This document shows positions 1 through 10,571 of a DNA stretch of 64,000 nucleotides, one piece after another. The stretch lies in the NCBI GenBank assembly GCA_051003195.1, contig JBPCLP010000039.1:32001-96000 (forward strand), read 5' to 3'. A model generated the notes under the pieces. That model saw nothing but the letters and a program-made list of their open reading frames with translations, did no database searches and was not told where the DNA came from. Origin of the DNA: Candidatus Sumerlaeaceae bacterium. Its GTDB lineage: Bacteria > Sumerlaeota > Sumerlaeia > Sumerlaeales > Sumerlaeaceae. The first letter of the stretch is position 1. Each line of letters opens with the position of its first letter. The position numbers were made by a program, and so were the translations under genes.

Positions 1-1514
1 GCGCTTGTGGTGGTGTAAGCCTCGACCCGTTGTGGCTCCGCCGCCAAACCATTAGGTGTCGTTGCTTTCGCCTCGTATCGGCCGCCCGGGTAAACTCCCA
101 GCTTGAATTCGCCGGAGCCATTTGAGTTCGTCGAAAACTCCGCACGCTGCTCGCGTTCCTCGCCGGACTTTCCTGTACGCAAGACCGGCCCGTCGAGTGA
201 ATGCAGCTCCACCTGCGCATCGGCCACCGGAGAACCGGTGCTGTCTACCACACGCCCTTGCACCAGCGCCCGCTTTCGAAGCGTCAGAAGAATGTCGCTT
301 CGGTCTTCGCCGCCAGCCGGAGGAACATCGTAATAGTCTCGCATCTGACCACCGGGAAGTACACGCACGAATCGAAACGTATCGAAGCGCAACGTGTAGT
401 GTTCCAGCGCGTCGATGTCATCAAACTGGAAGTGGCCGGTCGCATCAGTCACAGAAGAATTCCGCGAGCTATTCGCCGCAAGCGCGACTCCTATTCCACC
501 GAGCGGCTGCGAGGTCTCTTCATTGATCGCATGGCCTGCAATGCTTGCACCCTGGTTCAGTAGCAGCGTGAGCGAGGTCGGTGCGCCCGGACCGGCGACC
601 GCCAGTGCACGCGCGCTTTGCTGGCCGGTCCCGCGGCCGATGTAGGGCTTAAACAGCCACTCGCGCGAGGGCAGGTTCGGAAAGGCAAACTGGCCCTGTT
701 CATCCGTGATGTCGTAGAGTCGTGTCTGGGCATCCACCGCTTCAACGTAGATTCCGGGCTGCGGCAGTTTGTCTTTAGTGCCAATGAGCACACCAGTGAT
801 CGTCGTTCCTCCGCGATACACCATAAGCTGCATAGGCGCGCCTGTTCGTCCCGTGATAAGTGTCGGCTGGATGTCGTGCGCGCGTACGAGAAACGCATAT
901 TTGTGAATCGGGAGATTTGCCACGCTGAAAGCGCCCCGCTCATTGGTGCGTGCGAATATCAGCGGGCAAACTGTGGGATGCGGCGCATCCTGCGGACCGT
1001 GCTCACATTTCGCCGGCGGTTCTACGGGCCCGATCAGCGCGTTCGGAATGGAAACCCCGCGGTCATCGATCAGCGTACCAAGCAGTGGCGCGGCAGGTGG
1101 CAAAACAATGCGAGGCGGGAGCTTATCCGCATAGTATGCAATCATTCCATACCCCGGCTTTTCAACCAGCAAGAGGCTGCCCCTGGGCGCATCTTTGGGT
1201 GGATCAAAGCCACCCCGGGAGTCCGTCAGGGTGACTGTGGTTTCCTGCAGCAGCTCGGGCAAAGGTGCTGCAGGTCGCAGCTGCAGTTTGACCACCGCTT
1301 CCGCCACCGGCAAATTCCGGAAGTCCGTAACACGGATTTTATCTGCGTGTGCTTTTGTGGCCGCAGTACTGTCTTCCGCGGGTCCGCGTGCGCCGACCGC
1401 GAATGACGAGCAAAGCAGGATACCCACAATAAGAAGGGCTGAAACACACAGTCGATTCTTGCGCCGCAGGAACTGCGACGCACGTACCGATGCAAAATGG
1501 ATAGTTGGGCTCAC
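1..1514 (-). CDS. Secreted carboxypeptidase-regulatory-like (Cna/prealbumin-fold) repeat protein, partial (runs off window start)
   Basis: Not in ORF track; read manually: open frame from GTG at 1514 to position 1, hydrophobic signal segment (SALLIVGILLCSSFAVGA) then repeated G.V.D..G.P..A.V and TD..G.F.F motifs (TDSRGGF, TNERGAF, TDEQGQF, TDATGHF). Confidence 0.8.
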   Translation of the reverse strand, partial: MSPTIHFASVRASQFLRRKNRLCVSALLIVGILLCSSFAVGARGPAEDSTAATKAHADKIRVTDFRNLPVAEAVVKLQLRPAAPLPELLQETTVTLTDSRGGFDPPKDAPRGSLLLVEKPGYGMIAYYADKLPPRIVLPPAAPLLGTLIDDRGVSIPNALIGPVEPPAKCEHGPQDAPHPTVCPLIFARTNERGAFSVANLPIHKYAFLVRAHDIQPTLITGRTGAPMQLMVYRGGTTITGVLIGTKDKLPQPGIYVEAVDAQTRLYDITDEQGQFAFPNLPSREWLFKPYIGRGTGQQSARALAVAGPGAPTSLTLLLNQGASIAGHAINEETSQPLGGIGVALAANSSRNSSVTDATGHFQFDDIDALEHYTLRFDTFRFVRVLPGGQMRDYYDVPPAGGEDRSDILLTLRKRALVQGRVVDSTGSPVADAQVELHSLDGPVLRTGKSGEEREQRAEFSTNSNGSGEFKLGVYPGGRYEAKATTPNGLAAEPQRVEAYTTTS

Positions 1515-1518
1515 ACTA

Positions 1519-2493
1519 CTATTGCGGCGGCGTCTGTGATCCGTTAGGATTAATCGGTAGCGGCATTACGCCGGGCGCCGGTGGGGGATACAGTCCGACC
1601 AGTTTCCAGTTCTTTGGCAGGAACAACGGATTTGGATTCGGAGAAACAGTGAACGAACCACCGCCATCAGTTACGTTTGCTTCAAAGCCCTTGATAAGCC
1701 ACCCGCCGACTTCGTCAGCGTGTGCTGCCGCAAGTTCCGGATTGGGAAATCCACTGTAGGCAGCAATGGCCATGTACCATGCTTCCGAATCTGAAACACC
1801 ACTGGCGAGTGCGTCCTCGTGGTATTTAGCGAGCAGCGCGGCAGACCCGAGAATGTTTAGCTTCTGGTCCTGGAGCAGCTCTTCCTTCGATTTCCCCAGA
1901 AGCGAAGCTGCCTCCGCGGCAGTGTCGACAATGTTATTTTCCCTCAGGTTCATTACACCAAACCCGGCATCCATCGAATGGCCGCCGTCGCGATGAGTTC
2001 CCCCAGACTCCACATAGGCGAGCGCCGCGAGAAGCTCGCTGGGCACGTTGTACTGTTTTGCTGCCTGTTGGAATGCCGGTGCAAGCTCTGTTGGCTTTAC
2101 TTTCTCCGGATCTATCTTACGGTACTTAAAGGCGTTGCGCTGAGCGGTTTCATAGCGCTCACGCTCGCGTGTCTCTGCTTCGGTTTCTCCTAACGAATTG
2201 GTGGTGGGAGCGTCAGCGATGATCGTGACGGTAGTACGCTTGTCCACAACAAGAGCGTTTGTGCCGGACCCGGTTGTTGCGTTGTCGGCTTTTACTTTCG
2301 TATTTGATGCATTAGAAGCTGCATTAAAATGCCCGGCACGCGAGCGCCTGTTGTTCGGGTCATTTTCGTCGTCTGCCTTGGAGCCCCCGCTACCGGCATT
2401 TCGCTGATTGCGGGTGGCAAGTGTGCCAAGCCCGCCGATGAACAGGGCCGCAATCGCGACCCCAATGAGAAGTTTAACGCGCTGAGGATTCAT
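1519..2493 (-). CDS. Membrane-anchored lysozyme-like / transglycosylase SLT-type domain protein
   Basis: N-terminal TM helix; FQQAAKQYNVPSELLAALAYVESG (catalytic Glu-Ser) and GFGVMNL motif typical of SLT fold. Confidence 0.7.
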   Translation of the reverse strand: MNPQRVKLLIGVAIAALFIGGLGTLATRNQRNAGSGGSKADDENDPNNRRSRAGHFNAASNASNTKVKADNATTGSGTNALVVDKRTTVTIIADAPTTNSLGETEAETRERERYETAQRNAFKYRKIDPEKVKPTELAPAFQQAAKQYNVPSELLAALAYVESGGTHRDGGHSMDAGFGVMNLRENNIVDTAAEAASLLGKSKEELLQDQKLNILGSAALLAKYHEDALASGVSDSEAWYMAIAAYSGFPNPELAAAHADEVGGWLIKGFEANVTDGGGSFTVSPNPNPLFLPKNWKLVGLYPPPAPGVMPLPINPNGSQTPPQ

Positions 2494-2548
2494 AACGTCT
2501 GGTCACCTCGGAATAAATGTTGGAGCCGCAGCTCCAGAAGGAATTGCG

Positions 2549-4576
2549 TCATTTTATGGCCTGCACGCTGGCCGAAGTTTCGTTACTTTGCGACGCGGTC
2601 ATATCGCGTTGCGCCGCTTTAATGATTTCCGGTGCTGGCAGGTCGGGTCCTGGACACGTCGGACATGGCCCTTCCGGCTCGCCGATTCGGCGTTGCGTGA
2701 TCTCGCCCGTGATGCCGGAATACTTCAACACAAAGCCGTCTTTAGCCGCATCATCCGCCGGCGTTGCGGTGTAAGTTATCAGGCAGTCCGTCGGGCTCGT
2801 CGGCACGTCTTCCGAATAGGAGATTTCGACACGTGTGGAAAGACGAAGCCGGTTGTTGTGCTTGGCCCCGAAGTCGCCCATTCCACGATCGACTGCATGG
2901 CGAAACAGCGAGTCCGTATCGAATCTCCATAGTGTTGCGTATGGCAGGTACGCCGGGCAGCTGGTGAATTCGGCCGAGCCGTCGGACAGCATTGCGGGTG
3001 CCTCGGAAATCAGTTCCGAACTGGCGCCTGAACTGTTTACGTACGTGATTCGCCACTGCGTGTGACGCCCCGCAGTGTTGAACCAGTTGTGACCCGATAC
3101 CTCGTGTTCGCGCGCGTCTGAAATTTCAACGATGCGGGCATCACCTGGAATTTTATCCGCGACATGAACCAGGCCCTCCAGTGCGGTGATCCACTGCGAT
3201 GGCTGTTTAAGAATAACCTGCCAGTTTCGCTTTCTGAGCTCGCTCTCGATTACTTCGTTCTCAGCGACAGGGCGACGTTCCAGCCGCATGCTTTCGGCAA
3301 TTCCTTCGCGGTACATCTCAAAAGTTGGTGTGGTCTTTTTGTTCTCGCTCTTATACTCATGAAACTTTGCCGCAAAGCGCTGACGCAACTCGCGGTCCGT
3401 CGGTTCTTTTACGCGCGAAGCTGCATGGGAATCGATGTACCACGTGGAGAGATGCTGCAGGTCCCAATAATAAAGCGCCTGCTTCGTTTCTTCACGGTTC
3501 AGATATCCACGGCTACGGGCGGCCTCGGCCAGTATGAGAGGTGTGATGAATTGTCCCAGTCGCGTGCGTTCATGTTGCGAAGCCTGTACCGCCGGTCCGC
3601 GCACTCTGCCATTCAGGTCTTCGAATTCCTGGCGTGTGACCAGCGTCGCACCAACGGTGGCGATCACATCATTCCACCGCGCACCAGCCTTGCGCTGCAA
3701 CAGGGCGTCATCCTGCTGTACGGCCAGTTCTTTGCGCAGCGTCGACATCAGCTCTTTCAGCAGCCGCTCTCCCTCACGGTCTCTTATGCGCGCTTCCAGC
3801 GCCTGCCCGGCATCACTGAAGCTGGCAAGGCCACCCGTTGTTTTGGCTTCGGTGCGCGCAATGAAGTAGTTGGGCCCGACCTGCAATGGGCCTGTCGTAT
3901 TACCGATGGGTGTCGCGAGAGCGGCGTTAAGAATTTCCTGTGGCGGTGGAATGGCAGTGTGCTGCTTCGGATTCGGAAACGGGCCGAGTACTCTGCCGAG
4001 ATACCGTGGACTCACTTCGCTGATCTCGCGCTCTACGGCAACAAAGTCTTCGCCTCCCTGAATGCGCGCGGCGGCGGAAGTTGCAACGTCCGCACTTTTC
4101 GTACGAATGTACCGCAGCGTGACAGTAGGCGTTATGAGAAAATCCTCTGGATGCGCTTTGAATTCGCGCTCCTGTGCCTCGCGCGAAACATCGATCTTGT
4201 TCAGGAGATTGTCGCGCAGCATCACAAAGTCCAGGTACTCCTGCAGAAAATACTCGCGCCCTCGCAGGTAAGCGGGGTCGTGGTGGCGCCCAAGCGCGAG
4301 AGCCGGCGTCGTAAAGATGATGCACTTTCCAAGTTCACGGCAGATAAAATGGCGCCACTGGCGTGAGTTGGCAGCATAAGGCACCCGCTGTGACACAGGC
4401 AGCTCGCGCGCAAATACCTCGGTCTCACGCAGCGTGAGTTCACCACCATCAAAAGTCGCCAGTACCGGATTTTCCGGAGAAGTGGCGGCATGTAGAACGC
4501 AATTACCCGGACAGATAATCAGGCACGCCAGCAGCACCCGTTTCGGTAAACAATTTCCAATCACGTTCAAATGCAT
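2549..4576 (-). CDS. Exported parvulin-type peptidyl-prolyl isomerase/foldase-like protein with C-terminal extension
   Basis: Signal peptide; VLATFDGGELT, VTLRYIRT..A...AARIQGGEDF, TTGPLQVGPNYFI parvulin/SurA-like motifs; second N-domain-like repeat (VIATVGATLVTRQEF). Confidence 0.65.
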   Translation of the reverse strand: MHLNVIGNCLPKRVLLACLIICPGNCVLHAATSPENPVLATFDGGELTLRETEVFARELPVSQRVPYAANSRQWRHFICRELGKCIIFTTPALALGRHHDPAYLRGREYFLQEYLDFVMLRDNLLNKIDVSREAQEREFKAHPEDFLITPTVTLRYIRTKSADVATSAAARIQGGEDFVAVEREISEVSPRYLGRVLGPFPNPKQHTAIPPPQEILNAALATPIGNTTGPLQVGPNYFIARTEAKTTGGLASFSDAGQALEARIRDREGERLLKELMSTLRKELAVQQDDALLQRKAGARWNDVIATVGATLVTRQEFEDLNGRVRGPAVQASQHERTRLGQFITPLILAEAARSRGYLNREETKQALYYWDLQHLSTWYIDSHAASRVKEPTDRELRQRFAAKFHEYKSENKKTTPTFEMYREGIAESMRLERRPVAENEVIESELRKRNWQVILKQPSQWITALEGLVHVADKIPGDARIVEISDAREHEVSGHNWFNTAGRHTQWRITYVNSSGASSELISEAPAMLSDGSAEFTSCPAYLPYATLWRFDTDSLFRHAVDRGMGDFGAKHNNRLRLSTRVEISYSEDVPTSPTDCLITYTATPADDAAKDGFVLKYSGITGEITQRRIGEPEGPCPTCPGPDLPAPEIIKAAQRDMTASQSNETSASVQAIK

Positions 4577-4614
4577 TCAGCTCCGAACTTCAAATCTCAA
4601 GAGTGGATACAGCT

Positions 4615-6048
4615 TTAAGGTCGCGTGGATAAAGGCGCAGTTGTACCAGTGTCAGCACTGGAGTGGTCTGGTTTCAGCTCAGCCTCGACCCGTCGGGCCG
4701 CCTGACGCAGTTTCTGGCGCATTTCTGATGCCTTAAGCGCCGCACGTCCACGGAAGTCGTGCTTTTCCTGCTCCGAAGCATGCCGTACCGCCTTCTGCAG
4801 AAGCTGGAGCTTTTTGGGGCTGGTCGTTTCCGATTCGGAAAGCTGCGCGTAAACAACCGCAAGGTTGCTGTCTACTTCCGCATAGTGCGGAGAGATTTCC
4901 TTAAGATTCAGGTACGATTGCAATGCGCCGGGGATGTCGTTGAACTGCTGCTGCAGGAAAGCCATTTTGTAATACGCACTGGGCAGATAACCCTGCTCCC
5001 TCGGATCCAGTTTAATTTTGCCGGCTTTAACGCGCGCGATAAATTCCGGGAAAATCTTAAGAGCATCCGTGGCAGTCGTTTCGATAGCGCGCATGCCACG
5101 TTCGAACATTGGGAACGGCGAGTCGGGGTAGCGTTTCTCAACCTCGGCAATAATATTTTCATCGTCCTGCATGGTTTTATAGGAAGCAGTTTGGAGATAC
5201 AGGGCAGCCGGTCCCTGGTCTCCCAATACCGGGGTTCGCAACGCCTTGAAGTAGGCGTACATCTTACGAGCTTCGGTCGTGGCGAGGTCATGCAGACCCA
5301 CCGGCATCAGAGCACGAAGGTAGGCCGGCCAGTTTTCGTACCGGAGCGGCTCCAACGCGACGGCTTTTGAGAAGTTAGCGACCGTGCGCTTATCCTGGTC
5401 TGTCGTGTCACTATAACTCCACGCCCGGGCCGACATACGCCGCGAGATCACACCGGCGAAAAAAAAGTCCACAGACTTGCGCGTCTGCTCAGCTTTCTGT
5501 TCGTATTTCGCAACTGCAGCAGTTGGGTCTTCATCTGCCCATCCGTGAGCCACCATTTCCGCGAGCACGCGCGCCACGTCGGGTGCCTGGAATACCTCCG
5601 GATCCGCTGCAATCGCCTGCTTCAGGTAAGCGGTGGCGGTTGTGCCAAACTGCCAGCCTGTGTTGGGGTAGTCGATTGCCTGGGAGCCATAGCTGAGGCC
5701 AAGCCACATAAGCACACGAGCACGCTCACGGGTATCGGTGAGCTTCGTCGACTGCGGAAGCAGCTCCGCCACAGCGCTGGTGTAGTTTTCCTCCGCGATG
5801 CGGCGAACCGCAGAGTCGAGGCTTACCGGCACCTCTGTGTAAAAGCCCGGTATAAAAGATACGGTAAGCGGTGAAGCCGTAGTGAGAAAATCGCCAAGTG
5901 TGCGCTGCAGCAGCTGGTCTTTTCCAGGCACAGCCTCTGATCGCGAGGGCGATGGCGCTGCTCCTGCCAGCGACTCCGTCGTGGCCGCCGAAGCGATAGA
6001 CAGCCCATAGGTCCAGCCAATGAGAATAACAGAATAGAAAGAACGCAA
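4615..6048 (-). CDS. Secreted TPR-repeat protein
   Basis: Signal peptide; helical TPR-like units (AYLKQAIAADP, FSKAVALEP, LKEISPHYAEVDSNLAVVY). Confidence 0.7.
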   Translation of the reverse strand: MRSFYSVILIGWTYGLSIASAATTESLAGAAPSPSRSEAVPGKDQLLQRTLGDFLTTASPLTVSFIPGFYTEVPVSLDSAVRRIAEENYTSAVAELLPQSTKLTDTRERARVLMWLGLSYGSQAIDYPNTGWQFGTTATAYLKQAIAADPEVFQAPDVARVLAEMVAHGWADEDPTAAVAKYEQKAEQTRKSVDFFFAGVISRRMSARAWSYSDTTDQDKRTVANFSKAVALEPLRYENWPAYLRALMPVGLHDLATTEARKMYAYFKALRTPVLGDQGPAALYLQTASYKTMQDDENIIAEVEKRYPDSPFPMFERGMRAIETTATDALKIFPEFIARVKAGKIKLDPREQGYLPSAYYKMAFLQQQFNDIPGALQSYLNLKEISPHYAEVDSNLAVVYAQLSESETTSPKKLQLLQKAVRHASEQEKHDFRGRAALKASEMRQKLRQAARRVEAELKPDHSSADTGTTAPLSTRP

Positions 6049-6127
6049 AGCGGGATGCCCTTCCCGAAATTAAAGTTCGCGTGCATCCGCCTCGCAAAGG
6101 GCATGTGTCAACAGGACTTAAATAAAT

Positions 6128-6153
6128 GGGGCGGAGCTCACAGGCTCCGCCCC
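6128..6153 (-). terminator. Intrinsic terminator hairpin after BNR/DUF11 gene (possibly bidirectional)
   Basis: GGGGCGGAGC-tcacag-GCTCCGCCCC perfect 10-bp stem with T-rich tracts on both sides. Confidence 0.75.
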
Positions 6154-6179
6154 GTTTTCCACCCACTGGTTCGATTCAG

Positions 6180-9100
6180 CTACGGCAGAAGAATCGGCAC
6201 CGTGTTTTCGATTCCGCTACCTGTCGGATTGATCACCGCAATCAGGTATTGCCCGATCGGGTCGGACGTAAGCTTAACGCTGACGGACTTTTTCTTCGTC
6301 TTGCCTGGCTTGATCTTCTTGTAGATCTTCGCGCCCACCAGCGTGTCAGAAGCGTCAAAGACCGAGTCAGTGGACAGGTAGAAGTGAACCGGAGCCGCAA
6401 TGAGCAGTGTCTGCCGCAGGTTCTGAACACTCAGGGTTCCTTTAATCGTCCAGGTTGGCACCAATGAGAGTTTGCTCTTTTTGCGGAGTTTGGTCCATGT
6501 TCCAAGCAGGTCAAACGTTGTGCCTCCGGTGACAGGCACGATGGACGTCGCGCTGTTGTTTCCCGCAACCGAATCATTCACGTTTCCGGTGATGTTCGCC
6601 GTCAATGTCAGCGAGCCTGCTGCAAGCGGTACCAACGCAATCGTCACGTTGGCGCTTGCTCCGGGGCCGAGTACCGGAATCGGTACCGCGAGTGAATTGC
6701 CAATCGGGGTTGCCGATCCCCCCGGCCCTGTGGCCGATACAAACGTGACCGTATTTGGCAACGTAGTGTTCACCAGGATACTTGCCGCAGATTGAGGACC
6801 GTTATTGGTCGCAACCAGGGTCCAGAAGATCGCGTTACCGACCGTCGTGGACGTTGGAGTCACCGAGGAACTCAGTGCGAGATCCGCGTTGGTCGCCGGG
6901 CCGCTGCCACCATTTATGATGGTGGAGATAGTGGCAACGTTGTTGCTCGGCGTCAGGTCCGGGTTATCGGAACTGATGGACGCAGTGTTCACCGCGACTC
7001 CACCGGCGATAGCGTTGGTTGCGATCTGGAATGTTGCCGTACCACCCACCGCCAGGGAGGCGAGTCGATAGGTTACCAGCCCATTCGCGTAGCTGGATTC
7101 GGTTGGCGTGGAGGAGACAAACGCGACCTCCGGCGGCAGCATATCCTGAATCTGAACGTTGGCTGCCACGGCAGGTCCGGCGTTATTCACCTGTAGCGTG
7201 TAGCTCAGAGGGCTACCGACGTTGCCAGGAGATGGATTCGCCGTCTTGGTAATACCAACGTTTGCCACCGTCGCAGGATTCGCGGCAGTAACGGTTATCT
7301 GTTTTGTGGAGCTGTTGTTTGAGGTGTCGGGGTCGGTTGCGAGAGGCACCACTTGCGCGGTATTCGAGATCGTACCCACAGTGGTTGGTATGACTGAAAT
7401 GTTGACCGTCGCCACTCTGCCCGCACCGAGCGTGCCGATGTTGGCGGTGATCACATTGCCGTTCCTCGTCACGTTCCCCTGCGTGTGGAATTCGCCGGTA
7501 TATGACACAGAGGCGGGCAAGGTATCGTTAATTGTAACACCGGTAGCCGTGCTCGGACCCCCGTTCACCACGCGTAGCGAGTAAGTGACCGAAGTGCCCT
7601 GCGTGGCGGTGGTGACAGTCGAGCTCATTACCAGCGAAAGATCCGCGCCGCTGCCGGTACCACCAATAATCTGCACGCTGGCGGTGGCACAGTTGTTAGT
7701 GAAGTCAGGGTCTCCGCCCGCAAAATCCACACACGCGGTATTGGAGGCAGCGGTGGCGCCGACCAATGGCGTCGTAGCGATTACGAAAGTCGCGCGAGCG
7801 CCGGCTGGAATCGCGCCGAGGTTGCCGACTAAAGTGACATTGCCGCTCGGGTTCGATCCGTCATTTACCACACTCCACGACCCTTCCGGAGAGGAAGAGA
7901 CCGAAGCATAGTTAAAGCGAAGGCCTGCCGGCAGAGGATCAGTAACCACAACGCCATTAGCTGTTTCGCTGCTCAGGTTTCGAACCGTAATCGTATATCC
8001 AAGGTATTCGCCGATGATGGCAGGATCAGGATAAGCCGTCTTCGTCAGTCGAAGATCCGCCAGCGTGCGAGCGCCTTCGATAGTAACCTTTGTAAGGACA
8101 TTGATATTATTGCTCTGGTCCACATCCACGGCGGGGTCTCCGTCGATTGTCTCCGGTAGTGCGTTGGAGACGATGTTGTACTGCCCGCCCGTGTCACTTC
8201 GGAACGTGATCCGGAAAGTCTCGGTCTGCCCGGGTGCCAGTTCTGCATAGGTGCCCGTTACATCAGGTGAAGGGAAGGCCGGAGTGCTTAGAATGAAAGC
8301 ACCTGAACCTGTATCCTCAAAGACAAGAGCCACAATCGGGGCGTCTGGATTAACGGAGACCTGCACATTATACGCAGTCTGAATGCCATAATTGGTGACG
8401 GCAAAATCGACGAAGAAATCTGAGGCCGAAGTTGTGCCGGCAAAGATCGGCGCGCCGTCGTTGACGTTCGTTGCCTTTATTTCAACGTCTACGTAGTTAT
8501 CATCAAGAGGCAGGAATGTAGTGCTGTACCACGGCACCGCAGTTTGCGGGCTGTTTTCATCCTGCGCCGGTGCCCTGATGTTTTGCCACATCGCCAGCCA
8601 GCGGCCGGATAGGTTGCTTGCAATGACGGGATTCAGCCAGCGTGGCTGCGAAGTCTGAAAATCAAAATCGATGGACGACGGACTCCCGAAGCTCGCTGCA
8701 TCGTCTGTAGACACGGCTGAAAACACATCGCGCGGGGGATTTCCAGCAACGTCGTTCAGCGCCGCGCTCCAGATTGCCATCCAATCGCCGGCATCGTCCG
8801 TAGCAATCCATGGATCCGCAAACTGAGGGGCGAGGAACAAGACGCCGTTGGTAATCTGGACCGGAGGGGACCAGACCAGCCCGCCGTCGCTCACATTAAA
8901 GTCAGCCTGGCTTGCGCGTGCCGTATAAACATCGTAGATGCCGCCGCTGCTGCGCGCGCCCCAAACAGCCGCCCATGTATTGTTCGTCGGCGAGTAATCG
9001 ATGCGCGCCACGTAATCGTCTTTTGAATCTGCTCCGGCATCGGTATTGATCGTGCTGAAGGCCCAGTTGACCCCGTCATCGTTACTTGCAGCATACTTTG

Positions 9101-9935
9101 AATCGATATCGCCAGAAGCCTCCTGGTAGGTAACCACCCACAAAGGCCCGATATCCACTTCGTCACCCGGGTTGCACCGCACCTGCGGCCTGGCCACTCC
9201 GGTTCCCGGTATCCGCTGTCTTAACTGCCAGTTTGCGCCACTGTCAGACGAGTAGGCGATATTGACTCCCGGGGTGCCGCCGAGGTCGGCGTCAGCAACC
9301 CACGTAACCATGTATTTGCCAAAGCCATCAGTCCCGATCGAGGCGTTCCGCGGGTTATTGTTGTTTGCGAATGAGCCGAGCGGCGACGGGACGTCCCATG
9401 TTTGGCCACTGTCGGCAGATACTGTTTTATAAAGCTGAGGCCCCGAGTAAGTGAGCGCCTCGAAAACCACCACGTAATCGCCGATACTGTCTGTTGCGAT
9501 GTCGGGCCGGAAGTTATAGTCGGTTTCGGAATCCGGGACGGGGATGCTGAAAGGCTGTTCCCAGGTTCCACCATCATCGTTGGAGTAGCTGACCATAAGA
9601 TTGCTGTATTGGCCCACAGGCGGCGTGGTGCCGTTATCGTTTGGATTACCAGTGTGATAGACTGCAACCCACGTTTGCGAAGCTGGGGCGTCTGTTGCCA
9701 CGCGGACGTTCTTGGCCGCGATTGGGTCAAGCGGATCGGAATCGACGATTGGCTTAGGCTCCGCCCAGGGGAAAAACGGTACCGTTCCCTTGTCGATAAG
9801 TGTGGCAGCTTCCTTTGCATCAATTCGCGCGGAATAGCTGAGCTGCGGCCAGCCTGCTGCAACTGCCAGCAGTGCCAGCAGCCGAACGGCAAGCTGGCTG
9901 AACTTTAAGCCGTGGCCGAATTGGGAAACGTACAT
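6180..9935 (-). CDS. Large secreted protein: BNR/Asp-box (sialidase-like) propeller + tandem DUF11 Ig-like repeats + Lys-rich CARDB-like C-terminal domain
   Basis: Signal peptide; Asp-box motifs SNDDGGTW, SADSGQTW, SSDSGANW, SNDDGVNW; DUF11 units ADLRLTKT/ADLSLVMS/ANVGITKT/ADLALSSS...N.GP..A..V...D.LP...D....NN; FYLSTDSVFD CARDB-like motif. Confidence 0.85.
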   Translation of the reverse strand: MYVSQFGHGLKFSQLAVRLLALLAVAAGWPQLSYSARIDAKEAATLIDKGTVPFFPWAEPKPIVDSDPLDPIAAKNVRVATDAPASQTWVAVYHTGNPNDNGTTPPVGQYSNLMVSYSNDDGGTWEQPFSIPVPDSETDYNFRPDIATDSIGDYVVVFEALTYSGPQLYKTVSADSGQTWDVPSPLGSFANNNNPRNASIGTDGFGKYMVTWVADADLGGTPGVNIAYSSDSGANWQLRQRIPGTGVARPQVRCNPGDEVDIGPLWVVTYQEASGDIDSKYAASNDDGVNWAFSTINTDAGADSKDDYVARIDYSPTNNTWAAVWGARSSGGIYDVYTARASQADFNVSDGGLVWSPPVQITNGVLFLAPQFADPWIATDDAGDWMAIWSAALNDVAGNPPRDVFSAVSTDDAASFGSPSSIDFDFQTSQPRWLNPVIASNLSGRWLAMWQNIRAPAQDENSPQTAVPWYSTTFLPLDDNYVDVEIKATNVNDGAPIFAGTTSASDFFVDFAVTNYGIQTAYNVQVSVNPDAPIVALVFEDTGSGAFILSTPAFPSPDVTGTYAELAPGQTETFRITFRSDTGGQYNIVSNALPETIDGDPAVDVDQSNNINVLTKVTIEGARTLADLRLTKTAYPDPAIIGEYLGYTITVRNLSSETANGVVVTDPLPAGLRFNYASVSSSPEGSWSVVNDGSNPSGNVTLVGNLGAIPAGARATFVIATTPLVGATAASNTACVDFAGGDPDFTNNCATASVQIIGGTGSGADLSLVMSSTVTTATQGTSVTYSLRVVNGGPSTATGVTINDTLPASVSYTGEFHTQGNVTRNGNVITANIGTLGAGRVATVNISVIPTTVGTISNTAQVVPLATDPDTSNNSSTKQITVTAANPATVANVGITKTANPSPGNVGSPLSYTLQVNNAGPAVAANVQIQDMLPPEVAFVSSTPTESSYANGLVTYRLASLAVGGTATFQIATNAIAGGVAVNTASISSDNPDLTPSNNVATISTIINGGSGPATNADLALSSSVTPTSTTVGNAIFWTLVATNNGPQSAASILVNTTLPNTVTFVSATGPGGSATPIGNSLAVPIPVLGPGASANVTIALVPLAAGSLTLTANITGNVNDSVAGNNSATSIVPVTGGTTFDLLGTWTKLRKKSKLSLVPTWTIKGTLSVQNLRQTLLIAAPVHFYLSTDSVFDASDTLVGAKIYKKIKPGKTKKKSVSVKLTSDPIGQYLIAVINPTGSGIENTVPILLP

Positions 9936-10571
9936 CTCTACACCCTTTTCACCAGCAATGGATGCACGGAGCCCCCACTGTCTGTTGTGTTAGTTAAATG
10001 CTTCTAGCGAATGAAACTCGACGAACATGACTGGTACTGCACGCTTTTCCCCGTTTCAGAGCGTACACGGCAGCACCATTCGTTCACCGTCCCGGAGTTT
10101 CCACGACAGTGCAAGTGCAATTCATATCACAAAACTTTTAAACATGTGCTCTAGATTTGACGAAATTTGCGCAAAAGCGATGACATGTAACGCATTAAAC
10201 TTTCAGCTGCGGCGCACGTTTCGGCCGGTTCCCTTGGGGGTGAAGACCGGAAAACACACTCTTTTTCGCCTACTTGTTTCAATTTGCTCAGGTTACATGA
10301 ACTCGTATAGGTGAATACTCGAAAGCCACGGCCACCCTTCACCGCTTCCTGGTGAACCGTTATTTTCGAGTGGTTTGACGATAATGGACACCAGCTTAAA
10401 ACCAGAGAGTCGTTGCTCAACAGCGGTCACTAATCGGGTCAACCCCCTGACATGAGCTCTCTATCGTCGGCTAAGATTACCGTTCTGAGGAATCCAGTTG
10501 CAGTTTTTGTTGGAATTGTCATTTAGGAGTGTAAGTCTCTTTGCCCACATGATGATAGCCGGTAGTGCCCC

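Noticed and set aside
618..1406. 262-aa plus-strand ORF
   Set aside because: Antisense shadow of the minus-strand repeat protein gene at 1-1514
3164..4366. 400-aa plus-strand ORF
   Set aside because: Antisense to the PPIase-like gene; no recognisable motifs
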